Assembly: GCA_964413635.1 (NCBI GenBank) | Contig: CAYPTH010000003.1 | Location: 5,203 to 64,385, forward strand | Direction of reading: 5' to 3' | Length of the DNA stretch: 59,183 nucleotides | Origin: an uncultured Spirochaetaceae bacterium | GTDB taxonomy: Bacteria; Spirochaetota; Spirochaetia; DSM-27196; PWMO01 | Shown here: one piece after another, positions 15,841-26,162 of the stretch | How positions within the stretch are numbered: the first letter of the stretch is position 1 | Layout of the letters: each line of letters starts with the position of its first letter | Program-made: the position numbers and the translations under genes | Notes under the pieces: generated by a model | What the model was told of the DNA's origin: nothing | Database searches by the model: none | Seen by the model: only the letters and a program-made list of their open reading frames with translations

Positions 15841-17658
15841 ATGGCAATCCCGAAGTCCGTCATTTCTCAAATCCGAGAGCGGGCCGACATTGTCGATATC
15901 GTCGGTCAGTACGTTCAGCTCAAACAACGTGGCGGTCGATACTGGGGCTTGAGTCCATTCACGAATGAGAAGACCCCTTCATTTTCGGTAACGCCGGAGA
16001 AGGGGCTGTTCTACTGCTTCAGCAGCCAGAAGGGCGGCACCGTCTTTGACTTCATCCAGGAGGTGGAAAAAGTCACCTTTCCAGAAGCTGCGCGGCTTCT
16101 CGCGGACAAGGTGGGCGTGGAAATCCCGGATGAAGGGAGAGATAAGGAGACAGACAACCGGCTCGCAAGCCTGCGCGAGCTATACAACCGCGTCAGCAAT
16201 ACCTTTCACTACCTGCTCACGGAGGATTCGCGAGGTGAGGCGGCGCGAACGTACCTAGCGGACCGAGGAATACAGCGAGAAGCGATTGATACCTTTCGAA
16301 TTGGCTACGCACCGGCAGAGCCGAATTGGCTGCATCGATTTCTTCTCAAGAAGGGCTACTCGGCGCCCTTCTTGGCCGAGAGTGGTCTATTTTCGAAGCG
16401 CCGAGGGGACAGTGCGTTCTTCAGGAACCGCATCATGTTTCCGATTTCAACCACAACTGGTGACGTCGTTGCCTTCGGCGGTCGCGAATTGGATCAAGGA
16501 GGCCCCAAGTACATCAATTCACCGGAGTCGGCGATCTTCCGAAAGCGGGAAATGCTCTTCGGCTTCTCCGAAAACCGCAAGAGTGTGGGAGAGACGGGAC
16601 AGGTTGTAGTGGTGGAAGGATACTTCGATGTAATCGCCATGTGGCAGGCGGGAATCCGCACGGCGGTCGCCCCTCTGGGCACGCAGTTCACGGATGATCA
16701 CGCCCGTATCGTTCGACGCTACGCCCGGCACGGTGTCTTGGTTTTCGACGCCGATGATGCCGGCGTACGGGCCGCCCAGAAATCGGCGGCGGTTTTCGAG
16801 CGTCACGACCTCACCTGCACCGTCACGGAGCTGCCCGCGGGCAAGGACCCGGCGGACATGGTGAGAGACGGCGGGCTTTCAGAATTGCGAGATGCCTTGG
16901 ACAAGGCGGAAGAGGCCTTTTTCTACCTCCTGCGAAAGGCCACGGAGGGTGTAGATCTCGAAACTGCAAGGGATAAGGGCTTGGTAATGGAGCGCCTTTT
17001 CTCCTATATTAGGGAGATGCGCTCCGAGGTCAGACGGGAGACCTACCTGCACCAACTGGCGGATCGCCTGGATGTACCAACGGATGCGCTGAGAAAAGAC
17101 TACGAGCGAGCGAAATCCCGCGAATCATGGCCCTCGGCACGGACGACAGAATCCGAAGGCCGGGACGCCTCCGCGCTGAGCAGCTACCGGGAAACGCCGG
17201 AGATGTTTCTCATGCTTTCAGCGGCAGCGAACCGGCCGCTCTTTGCGCGCGTTCGCCGCGATCTCGACGTCGATCACATTGAGGACGCGGCGGCCCGAGA
17301 TTTCTACGTCGCCTTGGAGGAATCGTACCGCAGAGGAGAGAATGATACCGGCTCCCTCCTGGATCGGATCGAGAGCCCGGATCTCCGCGCATGGGTGTCG
17401 AGTCGCCTCGTGGAGGACGTATTCACCGTGAACTCAAAGGAGACGATCGAGGAAACGCTCTGGACAATAAAGCTCGGTCAACTTCGACGACGACAGCGCG
17501 ATATTGATCGAGCACTGCGCAGAAGCGAAAAATCCGCTGCGGACCCTCGCACCGTGGATGAGCTACTGCAAGAGAAGATGCACATAAATGATGAAATCTC
17601 TAAGATAGAAGAGCTATCGAAGAGCAAGAGGGTTGTGAATGACCGAACTGCAGAATGA
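15841..17658 (+). CDS. dnaG: DNA primase
   Basis: Primase N-terminal motif NEKTPSF. TOPRIM motifs are [12 protein letters not shown] and [10 protein letters not shown]. The gene is followed by rpoD, as in the classical dnaG-rpoD arrangement. Confidence 0.9.
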   Translation: MAIPKSVISQIRERADIVDIVGQYVQLKQRGGRYWGLSPFTNEKTPSFSVTPEKGLFYCFSSQKGGTVFDFIQEVEKVTFPEAARLLADKVGVEIPDEGRDKETDNRLASLRELYNRVSNTFHYLLTEDSRGEAARTYLADRGIQREAIDTFRIGYAPAEPNWLHRFLLKKGYSAPFLAESGLFSKRRGDSAFFRNRIMFPISTTTGDVVAFGGRELDQGGPKYINSPESAIFRKREMLFGFSENRKSVGETGQVVVVEGYFDVIAMWQAGIRTAVAPLGTQFTDDHARIVRRYARHGVLVFDADDAGVRAAQKSAAVFERHDLTCTVTELPAGKDPADMVRDGGLSELRDALDKAEEAFFYLLRKATEGVDLETARDKGLVMERLFSYIREMRSEVRRETYLHQLADRLDVPTDALRKDYERAKSRESWPSARTTESEGRDASALSSYRETPEMFLMLSAAANRPLFARVRRDLDVDHIEDAAARDFYVALEESYRRGENDTGSLLDRIESPDLRAWVSSRLVEDVFTVNSKETIEETLWTIKLGQLRRRQRDIDRALRRSEKSAADPRTVDELLQEKMHINDEISKIEELSKSKRVVNDRTAE

Positions 17659-19369
17659 TCCCGCGATGCTCCGCCTCATCGACTACGCTCGCAATAAGAC
17701 GACCATTAGCTACGATGAGGTCAATGACTTTCTACCAGACTCAATTGTGAATTCAGAGAAGATCGAGGAAGTGATCGGGATATTGGCGCGCCACAACGTT
17801 CGACTTGAAGAAGAGGAGCTCTCCTCGGAGGAGGAAGAGCCCCAGAAGAAACCGAAGAAAGACAAGAAGATCGTTGTCGGGGACAAGGAAAGCGCCATCG
17901 ATGATCCGATTCGGCTCTATCTGCGCGAAATCGGCAAGGAAAACCTACTCACCGCTGAGCAAGAGGTCGAGCTCTCCAAAAAGATGGAGGACGGGGAGAA
18001 CATCATTAAGAGCGTAATCCGGGAGTCCGGTATGCTCATCCCGGAGTTCTTTACCCTGGCGCAGCGCGCATTTTCACGGGACGATCCTCGGGATCTGAAC
18101 CTGTCCAAAAAGGAGATCTCAGAGTACCTCGCGGAACGCCGTCGGCTCTCACAGTTCTACAAGGAGCCACTGCGCGAGGTCTTTTCCGACCTGAAGCAGT
18201 ACATGGAGACGAAAGACCGCCTCGTCGCCAAAGGCGGCAACGTCTTAGAGGACGACAAGCTTCGAAAGCGCCGGAAAGAGTTGCTCAAGCGGCTTACCGA
18301 CATCGAGATCCATCCGGAAGAAATCCTCTACTTCTCCGAGAAATTCACCAGCGCCTCTCGCAAGATTCACAAATACCAGCGGGAGCAACACCGAATCGAA
18401 AAGCACCTCCAGGTAAGCAATCTCAGAGAGCTTCGGACGCTCGGCCGCGGTCTGGCCAAGACCGAGGAACGGATGCGGATCGAAGAAGAACTCGGCATGA
18501 CCGCGGATGAGATCAAGGATCGCATCCGGGAGATACAGATCACCGAGAAGAAGCTGCGCAACCTGGAAGTGGACTTCGAGAACTCGATAGACGACATCCT
18601 CCACATGTCCGAGGAGATCACCCGCGGCAAGGACATGATGCAGACTGCGAAGGACCGCCTCATTAAGGCGAATCTCCGACTCGTTGTAAGCATTGCCAAG
18701 AAGTACACCAACCGGGGCTTACACTTTTTCGACCTCGTCCAGGAAGGAAACATCGGCCTCATTAAAGCTGTTGAGAAGTTTGAGTATCGAAAAGGATACA
18801 AGTTCTCAACCTATGCCACATGGTGGATTCGCCAGGCGATTACTCGCTCCATCTCCGACCAAGCACGCACCATTCGTGTGCCGGTTCACATGATAGAGCA
18901 GATTAACAAGGTGGTTCGCGAAGCGCGGCAACTCATGCAGGTACTCGGACGAGAACCCAACGACGAGGAGATCGCCGATCGACTCGGATGGACCGTTGGA
19001 AGGGTCAAAGCGGTCAAGAATGTTGCCCGGGAGCCCATCTCCTTAGAGACTCCGATCGGCGAAGAGGAGGACTCTCTCCTCGGAGACTTCATTGAAGACA
19101 AAGACGTGGAGAATCCGGCGCACCAGACCGCGTTTACGCTTTTGCAGGAACAGCTTCGCAGTGTCCTGTCCTCACTCCCCGCACGAGAACAAGAGGTTCT
19201 CAAGATGCGTTTTGGCCTCGAGGACGGGTATTCCTTGACACTCGAAGAGGTTGGGTTGTATTTCAACGTGACCAGAGAGCGAATCCGCCAAATCGAAGCA
19301 AAGGCGCTCCGCCGTCTGCGCCATCCCAAGCGCAGCCGCAAACTCAAGGACTATCTCGATCAGGAATAG
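17639..19369 (+). CDS. rpoD: RNA polymerase primary sigma factor (sigma70)
   Basis: Region 1.2 is [11 protein letters not shown]. Region 2 is [60 protein letters not shown]. Region 4 is [29 protein letters not shown]. It overlaps dnaG by 20 nt. Confidence 0.95.
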   Translation: MTELQNDPAMLRLIDYARNKTTISYDEVNDFLPDSIVNSEKIEEVIGILARHNVRLEEEELSSEEEEPQKKPKKDKKIVVGDKESAIDDPIRLYLREIGKENLLTAEQEVELSKKMEDGENIIKSVIRESGMLIPEFFTLAQRAFSRDDPRDLNLSKKEISEYLAERRRLSQFYKEPLREVFSDLKQYMETKDRLVAKGGNVLEDDKLRKRRKELLKRLTDIEIHPEEILYFSEKFTSASRKIHKYQREQHRIEKHLQVSNLRELRTLGRGLAKTEERMRIEEELGMTADEIKDRIREIQITEKKLRNLEVDFENSIDDILHMSEEITRGKDMMQTAKDRLIKANLRLVVSIAKKYTNRGLHFFDLVQEGNIGLIKAVEKFEYRKGYKFSTYATWWIRQAITRSISDQARTIRVPVHMIEQINKVVREARQLMQVLGREPNDEEIADRLGWTVGRVKAVKNVAREPISLETPIGEEEDSLLGDFIEDKDVENPAHQTAFTLLQEQLRSVLSSLPAREQEVLKMRFGLEDGYSLTLEEVGLYFNVTRERIRQIEAKALRRLRHPKRSRKLKDYLDQE

Positions 19370-19380
19370 GGGAGAACAGG

Positions 19381-20421
19381 ATGATTCAAGAGACCATTGA
19401 AACACTGAAGACGCTTCAGGATATTCTTTCGCGAAAGTTCCAGGTTGAGAAGGAGATTCAAGAGCTCCCGAAGGCCCTCTCGACCAAGACTGAGCTTCTC
19501 AATCGCATGAAGAAGTCGTACATCGACAAAAACACGCGCTACGAAGAAATCAAGCAGCGTCTCCGGGATTTACGCGAGCAGATGGAGGCGGCGGAGCGCG
19601 AGCGGGAAAAGTACGAGGGGCAGATGGACCTCATCAAGACTCAGCGTGAGTACGAGGCGCTGGACAAAGAGATCCGAGACGCTTCGGATCGCGAACAGAA
19701 CCTCCGCAAAGAGCTCCAGAAGGAGGAGAAGATCCTCCAGGAAATGTCCCAAACCCTCGAGCGTGAAGAGAGCCTGATTAAACAGCAGGAGACCGAGCTC
19801 CAAGACGAACAGGCCAAGGTCAAGGACGAAACCGACTCGAAAAAGAAAAATTTGGCGGAGCTCGAAAAGGAAGAGAAGAAGCTCATTCCCGACCTCGACG
19901 AGGAGCTCCTGTTCAAGTTCGAGCGCATTATTCGCAGCCAGGAAGGGGAAGGTATCGTGCCCCTCAAGAAAGGCGTGTGCACCGGGTGTCAGATGATTCT
20001 GCCTGCCCAGTTCGTCAACGACGTTCGACAGGGAGATGACATTCTCTTCTGCCCCTACTGCAGCAAGATTGTCTTCTACGTTGGTGACGACGAGTCGAGC
20101 TTCGACGAGGAAGACGCCGAGGGTCTCGCCGACCTGGTCGGGTCCCTCTCAGACGAAGGCTTGCCCGAGGATCTCCTTCAGGAAGAGCCTCTAGAAATGG
20201 GCGAAGAAGACACCCTTGAAGACGTCGATGAAGAGGAGGCCGACCACGGGGCTGCCGATGAAGACCTCCAAGAAACCGACAGTTTCGCGAGCGGCACGGA
20301 TAACACGAGCGACCAAGACGAAGACGAGGATGAGGACGAAGACGAAGACGAAGACGAAGACGAAGACGAGGATGAAGACGAGGACGAAGAAGATGAAGAC
20401 TACGACTACGAAGAAGAGTAG
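19381..20421 (+). CDS. coiled-coil plus C4 zinc-ribbon protein (COG1579/DUF164 type) with a polyacidic C-terminal tail of about 110 aa
   Basis: The first 190 aa or so are heptad-rich. The Zn ribbon is [12 protein letters not shown]...FCPYCSKIV. The tail ends [37 protein letters not shown]. Confidence 0.8.
   Translation: [346 protein letters not shown]
20317..20400 (+). repeat. imperfect hexanucleotide (GACGAA/GACGAG/GATGAA)n tract encoding poly-(Asp-Glu)
   Basis: Read directly: 28 consecutive Asp/Glu codons. Confidence 0.9.
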
Positions 20422-20427
20422 TCACCG

Positions 20428-20456
20428 TTGCGTTTGATCCAATTTCTCCGTATGCT
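20428..20456 (+). promoter_or_regulatory. sigma70-like promoter of rnpB (TTGCGT-N17-TATGCT)
   Basis: The -35 element lies at 20428-20433 and the -10 at 20451-20456. The predicted start is 4-8 nt downstream and coincides with the 5' strand of the P1 helix. Confidence 0.5.
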
Positions 20457-20459
20457 ATA

Positions 20460-20845
20460 GAGGGTATCGGCGCGTCGGGCTATCGCCGCACTGCGGAGGA
20501 AAGTCCGGGCTCCACAGAGCATGGTACCGGGTAACACCCGGGCTCTCACGGTCACCGTGAGGGACAGACAGTGCCACAGAAAACAAACCGCCACCGGCGG
20601 TGTCGGACTAGATAACCGTCCGACATGCTGCCAGGGGTAAGGGTGAAAAGGTGAGGTAAGAGCTCACCGGTCCCGAGGTAACTCGGCGGCGCAGGGTAAA
20701 CCTTGCCAGGAGCAAGACCAAGCAGCGGGTGGGCTGCTCGTCCACGACCCCGCGGGTAGGTTGCTAGAGTCGTACGGTAACGTCCGACCGAGATAGATGA
20801 TAGCCTGAAACAACAGAACCCGGCTTACAGGCGCGTCGTACTCCA
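20460..20845 (+). ncRNA. rnpB: RNase P RNA, bacterial type A
   Basis: Universal blocks GGAGGAAAGTCCGGGCTCCA, AGGGTGAAA, GGTAAGAGC and ACAGAACCCGGCTTA are present. P1 pairs 20462-20476 with 20830-20844 by hand. Ends are approximate to within a few nt. Confidence 0.9.
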
Positions 20846-20848
20846 TAT

Positions 20849-20876
20849 GGCCCCGCAACCGCGGGGCCGCTTTGTT
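20849..20876 (+). terminator. Rho-independent terminator of rnpB
   Basis: Sequence ggccccgc-aacc-gcggggcc forms a perfect 8-bp GC stem. It is followed by gcTTTGTT. Confidence 0.75.
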
Positions 20877-20919
20877 GACTAGGGGTTTAGTTTCGTATTA
20901 AATGGCGGCCAGATTGTAG

Positions 20920-21873
20920 ATGAGACATCCCGAGAGTCGTTATCGTTCGTCCATCAAGCCGCACGGGGGCGGGCGGCCGAGCTTAGGTATTGGAACTATC
21001 ACGGTGATCGCAATCGTGGTCCTCGGCGCCGTGGTGGCGTATTACGCGGGAGCATTCGAGTTCCTGCGTCTTCGTCGGTACGAAAGCCAGGAGACGCTGC
21101 AGGAGCTGTGGGATAACGGGAGATATGAGGAGCTGATTTCCGAAGCGGGACAAGTCCTCTTAAAATCCCCGCTCGATCCCGCCGCGCTTGTGTACGGTGG
21201 GTTCGCCTATTTCTACGGTGGTGTCGCCCAGGTGGAAGAGGAAGAGCGAACGCCGTACATGTCCGAGGCGACGATCCTGCTGCGAAAGGCCTTGCATCTC
21301 GAGTACGCTCCGCTGCAACCGGAGATCCACTACGTCTTGGGAAAGACCTACTACCATCGTGGAACGACCTACTACGACCTGGTGGTTCGACATTTGCAAC
21401 GCGCGGTTGAATTGGGGTACGAGGCGACCGATACCTTTGAGTACCTGGCTCTGGCCTACGCAGACATAGGGGAGTACGAGGCGAGCGCGACGAGCTTGCA
21501 GGCCGCGATCGACCGGAATCCCTCCGACGTCTTGTACCTCACCTTGGGGGAAGTCTACGCGGAGGCGGGTCGACACGGGAATGCGATTTCCGCCTTCGAA
21601 CGGGCAATTGCCATGAGCTCGGACCGTGTTCTCACCGAGCGCGCCCGTTTCGCTCTCGGCGAGGTACTGATAGACGCAGCGCGCTATGATGAGGCAGAGG
21701 CGGTGTTACAGGAGATCCTGGACAATAATCCCGAGTCCGCGAATGCCCACTTCCACTTGGGCAATATCTATGAAGCGCGCGGCAACGAGGAGCAGGCACG
21801 GTTCCAATGGCGTGAGGCCTTTCGAATCGATCCAAACCACGCCGACGCGCTCCGCAAACTGCAGAACAACTGA
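20920..21873 (+). CDS. TPR-repeat protein with N-terminal transmembrane anchor
   Basis: TM segment is IGTITVIAIVVLGAVVAYYAGAF. Several TPR-like units follow (e.g. AHFHLGNIYEARGNEEQARFQWREAFRIDPNHADA). It lies directly upstream of mreB. Confidence 0.75.
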   Translation: MRHPESRYRSSIKPHGGGRPSLGIGTITVIAIVVLGAVVAYYAGAFEFLRLRRYESQETLQELWDNGRYEELISEAGQVLLKSPLDPAALVYGGFAYFYGGVAQVEEEERTPYMSEATILLRKALHLEYAPLQPEIHYVLGKTYYHRGTTYYDLVVRHLQRAVELGYEATDTFEYLALAYADIGEYEASATSLQAAIDRNPSDVLYLTLGEVYAEAGRHGNAISAFERAIAMSSDRVLTERARFALGEVLIDAARYDEAEAVLQEILDNNPESANAHFHLGNIYEARGNEEQARFQWREAFRIDPNHADALRKLQNN

Positions 21874-21891
21874 ACCGGAGGAACGACTGGG

Positions 21892-22932
21892 ATGGGAATA
21901 GGTTCCGTCTTCAATGCATTTTCGAGTGACATCGGCGTAGATCTCGGTACGTGCAATACTTTGATCTACATTCGCGGACGCGGGATCGTGATCAGTGAAC
22001 CTTCGGTTGTGGCTGTGGAGCGAGGAACCAAGAAGGTTGTCGCCGTCGGCGAAGAGGCTCGCCGCATGCTGTGGCGCACCCCCGGTGACATCATTGCAAT
22101 TCGCCCGCTCCGCGACGGAGTGATCGCAGATCTGGAAACGACTGAAAAGATGATCCGCTACTTCATCTCCAAAGTGTTGAACAGAAAGTGGTTCGTCCGT
22201 CCCCGCATGGTGATTGGCGTACCCTCCTGCATTACGGAGGTCGAACGTCGCGCCGTCGAGGAGAGCGCCTACAAGGCGGGGGCGCGGGAAGTCCGCGTCA
22301 TTGAGGAGTCCCTCGCTGCCGCCATCGGTGCGAGTATTCCGATCTTTGAGCCGGCGGGCCACATGATCGTAGACATTGGCGGTGGAACCAGTGAGATTTC
22401 CGTGATCTCCCTCGGTGGCATGGTCGTCACGAACGCCATCCGCCTCGGCGGAGACGAGTTCGACGAGGCGATCATGAAGCACGTCCGCAACGTGCATAAC
22501 CTCATCATCGGGGAAGGAACCGCCGAAGAGCTCAAGAAACGGATCGGCAACGCCTCGCCGGACAAAAAGATCGATCGTATGGAAGTCAAGGGCACGGACG
22601 CAATCACCGGCCTTCCACGCAGACTCGAAATCGACAGCGTTGAGGTCCGAGAAGCGCTGCAAGAGCCAATTACCGCTATCGTTGAGGAAATTAAGCGAAC
22701 GCTTGGACAGACCCCGCCGGAGCTTGCAGCTGATATCGTAGAACGCGGCATTGTCATGACCGGCGGAGGCTCTTTGCTAAAGGGCTTTGACGTTCTCATT
22801 GCGAACGAAACGGGTGTTCCGGCATTTAAGGCCGAGGACCCCCTCAACTGCGTTGCCCTCGGAGCCGGGATGTACTTCGAGCAGGAGCGCGGAGCGAGTC
22901 GGAACGGCAAGGCTGCCTACAACTTCAAATAG
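21892..22932 (+). CDS. mreB: rod shape-determining actin homologue MreB
   Basis: Motifs [50 protein letters not shown] and [13 protein letters not shown]. Confidence 0.95.
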   Translation: MGIGSVFNAFSSDIGVDLGTCNTLIYIRGRGIVISEPSVVAVERGTKKVVAVGEEARRMLWRTPGDIIAIRPLRDGVIADLETTEKMIRYFISKVLNRKWFVRPRMVIGVPSCITEVERRAVEESAYKAGAREVRVIEESLAAAIGASIPIFEPAGHMIVDIGGGTSEISVISLGGMVVTNAIRLGGDEFDEAIMKHVRNVHNLIIGEGTAEELKKRIGNASPDKKIDRMEVKGTDAITGLPRRLEIDSVEVREALQEPITAIVEEIKRTLGQTPPELAADIVERGIVMTGGGSLLKGFDVLIANETGVPAFKAEDPLNCVALGAGMYFEQERGASRNGKAAYNFK

Positions 22933-22944
22933 AGTGGTGGTGCC

Positions 22945-23784
22945 ATGGTAACCGACGAACGCATTCCTCCCCGTACGGCGGGACTGCTGTTTGTCGTCTT
23001 CATCGTCTTCAGCTTGCTCCTTATGATTCTCTCTACCGGGGTCGCGGTCCTTCGTCCCAAGGATACGGCACTTCGAGTCGGCTCTACCGTGCAGAGCACG
23101 ACGCACGCAATCGGCACCTTCTTCTCACGCACGGTGACCTCGATCCGCGAGCTTAGCGAGCTCCGCAACGAGTACACGGCCCTGCTCGAGCGCGTACGCA
23201 CCCTTGAAGCAACAGAGACGGACATGGAGCAGCTTCGGAACGAGATAGAAGAGCTTCGAAACATCCTCGGCTATTCGGAAGAAATGGAGCTCCACAATCT
23301 CCCTGCGCAGGTTATCGGAAAGGATCCCGCCTCGCGCTTCGCAAGCTTCGTTATTGATAAGGGATCCCGCGACGGGGTCCGAGAAAACCAGGCAGTTATC
23401 GCCGTACAGGACGGCAACCGGGGTCTCGCCGGAAAGATCCAAACCGTGTCGGCCGGGCGATCAATGGTAATTCCGATCTTCGACCCCTCCAATCACGTTG
23501 CGGCTCGGCTGTTGAAGTCCCGCTACGAGGGATTGGTGAGCGGCGCCGGAGACGGGACCAGTCTGATCGTGCGATACGTGGATGATCGCGCCCGCGCGTC
23601 AATCCGCTTCGGAGATGCCGTGATTACCTCGGGCATGAATTCGATCTACCCGGCAGGAATCAGGATCGGAACGGTGGACTCCATTCAATCGAAAGCGTAT
23701 GAGACGACGCTGCAGCTCTCGTTGAACCCGCTCATTGACTTCGAACGGCTGGAGTACGTGTTTGTGGTCCAGGAGGCGCAATGA
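22945..23784 (+). CDS. mreC: rod shape-determining protein MreC
   Basis: N-terminal TM segment, coiled coil (ELRNEYTALLERVRTLE), and a C-terminal beta domain (VITSGMNSIYPAGIRIGTV). Its position follows mreB. Confidence 0.85.
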   Translation: MVTDERIPPRTAGLLFVVFIVFSLLLMILSTGVAVLRPKDTALRVGSTVQSTTHAIGTFFSRTVTSIRELSELRNEYTALLERVRTLEATETDMEQLRNEIEELRNILGYSEEMELHNLPAQVIGKDPASRFASFVIDKGSRDGVRENQAVIAVQDGNRGLAGKIQTVSAGRSMVIPIFDPSNHVAARLLKSRYEGLVSGAGDGTSLIVRYVDDRARASIRFGDAVITSGMNSIYPAGIRIGTVDSIQSKAYETTLQLSLNPLIDFERLEYVFVVQEAQ

Positions 23785-24290
23785 TCGGTAATATCGCGAT
23801 CCTGAGCGCCGTCTCAGTTGGTTTGGTCGCTGCTCAGACAAACCTTTTGCAGTTCATGGCCATTGGCGGTGCACTTCCCGATCTGGCTCTCATACTGCTG
23901 GTGTACTACGCCCACTACAACGGTTCCTTTCCCGGAGAAATCGTGGGATTCATCACCGGCATGGCCTTCGACGCCCTGAGTGCGGCACCCCTCGGTTTTC
24001 ACGCGCTGATCTTTACGACCGCCGGCTATCTCGTAGGTGTTTCCCGGCAACGTGTAGTAATGGACCCGATCTTCGTCCCGGTCCTCTTCGTCGCCCTCAT
24101 GACGCTTTTAAAGGCATTTATTGGTTTTATACTACTCGCGGTCTTCCCCGTGGAGGCGGGCTTTGCGGGCATCATTTCACCTCGCATTGCAATCGAGATT
24201 GGCTACAACGCAATCCTCACTCCGCTGCTTTTCGCGCTCTTCGGTCTGATTCGGCCCTTGCGCGGGTCTCGGCGCAATATCACAATATAG
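23781..24290 (+). CDS. mreD: rod shape-determining protein MreD
   Basis: Polytopic 169-aa membrane protein. ATGA overlap with mreC. Call rests partly on position. Confidence 0.8.
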   Translation: MIGNIAILSAVSVGLVAAQTNLLQFMAIGGALPDLALILLVYYAHYNGSFPGEIVGFITGMAFDALSAAPLGFHALIFTTAGYLVGVSRQRVVMDPIFVPVLFVALMTLLKAFIGFILLAVFPVEAGFAGIISPRIAIEIGYNAILTPLLFALFGLIRPLRGSRRNITI

Positions 24291-24299
24291 CGGAAGAAC

Positions 24300-26162
24300 A
24301 TGGGCAACTGGTCATCACAGGGAGACAAGACAGCTCGGCAGCGTACCCTGATTCTCTTGGCATTCACGACCCTTGTGTTCGTGGTGTATCTCATAAGGCT
24401 CTTCTCCATGCAGGTCGTGGACGGCTACATATATCGGCTCAGGGCGGAGGAGACTCGGCGCCGCACCACGGTTATCCCCGCACAGCGCGGTCAGGTCTTC
24501 GATCGCAACTTTGACGTGCCCATTGCTACCAATCGGAGCTCCTTCGCAGTGGAGATAACACCGGCGGAGGTCCCCCCCGAGCGTCGAGACGCGATACTGA
24601 ACCGGCTGGCTCAAACACTCGAGATTCCCGTTGCCTCCATCAAGCAGGAGCTGGCGGAGAGCTCCCGCCAATCCTTCCAGGCGATAGAGGTCTATTCCGG
24701 CGCAAGCTTCGACACAATTACCTACATTGCGGAGCACAGCCAAGATTTCCCGGGAGTTTTCTGGAAGAGCAAGCCGATTCGCTACTACCCCTTCGGCGAC
24801 TCGATGTCCAACCTCTTGGGCTACGTAGGCGACATCACGAGCGAGGAGCTTCAACTCCTGTTCAACAAGGGATACACACGTGACGCCGTCTTGGGTAAGG
24901 CGGGGATCGAGTTTCAATACGACGCCGTCCTTAGAGGCCAGGACGGCAGGCAGGTTCGGACGGTCGACGCCCGCGGTCGGCGCATCGGCGACGAGTATGA
25001 GGAGGTGATCCCTCCGACACTCGGTCAGGATGCGATCCTGACAATTGATCGCCACATTCAAGAGCTTGCGCGCCAAGCCCTCGGAGAGCGCATTGGAAGC
25101 GTCCTTGTCACGCGCCCGAGTACAGGCGAGGTTCTGGCGATGGTCTCATACCCTTCCTTTAACCCGAACGAGTTTTACGGGAAGGGTGGGGCGAACGCCT
25201 TTCGCACGGTCTCCTTGGCCCCCAACTCGCCCTTTCTCAACCGCGCGATCCAGAGCGCGAACCCTCCTGCATCGACATTCAAAATAGTCATGACCACGGC
25301 AGTCATTGAGGAGCAGGTTTTCGGGCTGGACGAGACCGTGCTGGCCGACGGCTACTACCAGCTGGGAAACCGCACCTTCAGCGACTGGCGCACCAGCGGC
25401 TTTGGTCCGCTTACCATATTTGGAGGCATGGCCAACTCCTCAAACGTCTTCTTCTGGACCATGGGAGTCGAGTATCTTGGTGTGGACCGGATTGTGGAGT
25501 ACAGCCGCATCATGGGCCTGGGCAGTCGAACCGGCATTGATCTTCCCGGGGAGGTGTCGGGACTCATACCGTCGCCGGAGTGGAAGGAACGCGTAATCGG
25601 CGAGCCCTGGGTCGGCGGTGATACGGCCAACATGTCGATTGGTCAGGGCTTCATGAAGGTTACGCCGCTTCAGCTGTCCAACACGGTTGCCTTCATCGTG
25701 AACGAAGGGGTGGTGTATAGACCTCACGTCCTCAAAGAAATCCGAGACCCCATCTCCGGTGAGGTCGTGCAAGCCCGGCCACCGGAGGTCCTATTTCAAC
25801 ACGCCCTGCGGAAATCCACCTTCGAAAACGTACAGCGCGCCATGCGCGGGGTGATTACCGATGGAACTGCCGAGGTTGTCATTACCACGGATGCAGTTGC
25901 CTCGGCCGGAAAGACCGGTACTGGAGAGGTCGGTTCAGATGAGGCGTGGCATTCCTGGTTTGTTGCCTACGCCCCCTTTGAGACGGAGGATCCAGATGAG
26001 CGCGTCGTAGTCACCGTCATGGTGGACGCGGCGAACGAATGGGAGTGGTGGGCACCAAAGGCTGCCAACATCATTCTTCACGGCATTTTTACCGGCTACG
26101 ATTACGAGCGGACCGTAGAAGACCTTCGACGCGGTCCACAGCCGGCGTGGTACCTCTATTGA
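24300..26162 (+). CDS. mrdA: penicillin-binding protein 2 (elongasome transpeptidase)
   Basis: N-terminal TM segment, RGQVFDRN, active-site PASTFK, then SSN and KTGTGE motifs. Confidence 0.9.
   Translation: MGNWSSQGDKTARQRTLILLAFTTLVFVVYLIRLFSMQVVDGYIYRLRAEETRRRTTVIPAQRGQVFDRNFDVPIATNRSSFAVEITPAEVPPERRDAILNRLAQTLEIPVASIKQELAESSRQSFQAIEVYSGASFDTITYIAEHSQDFPGVFWKSKPIRYYPFGDSMSNLLGYVGDITSEELQLLFNKGYTRDAVLGKAGIEFQYDAVLRGQDGRQVRTVDARGRRIGDEYEEVIPPTLGQDAILTIDRHIQELARQALGERIGSVLVTRPSTGEVLAMVSYPSFNPNEFYGKGGANAFRTVSLAPNSPFLNRAIQSANPPASTFKIVMTTAVIEEQVFGLDETVLADGYYQLGNRTFSDWRTSGFGPLTIFGGMANSSNVFFWTMGVEYLGVDRIVEYSRIMGLGSRTGIDLPGEVSGLIPSPEWKERVIGEPWVGGDTANMSIGQGFMKVTPLQLSNTVAFIVNEGVVYRPHVLKEIRDPISGEVVQARPPEVLFQHALRKSTFENVQRAMRGVITDGTAEVVITTDAVASAGKTGTGEVGSDEAWHSWFVAYAPFETEDPDERVVVTVMVDAANEWEWWAPKAANIILHGIFTGYDYERTVEDLRRGPQPAWYLY

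Noticed and set aside
20317-20400. A hexamer tract considered as a non-coding microsatellite or CRISPR-like repeat
   Set aside because: It lies in frame inside a CDS and encodes poly-Asp/Glu. The period is 6 nt with no spacers. I report it only as a coding low-complexity repeat.
21706-22662. A 318-aa minus-strand ORF antisense to mreB
   Set aside because: It is codon-aligned with mreB (21892-21706 = 186 = 3x62). mreB is unambiguous, and the antisense product has no recognisable features.
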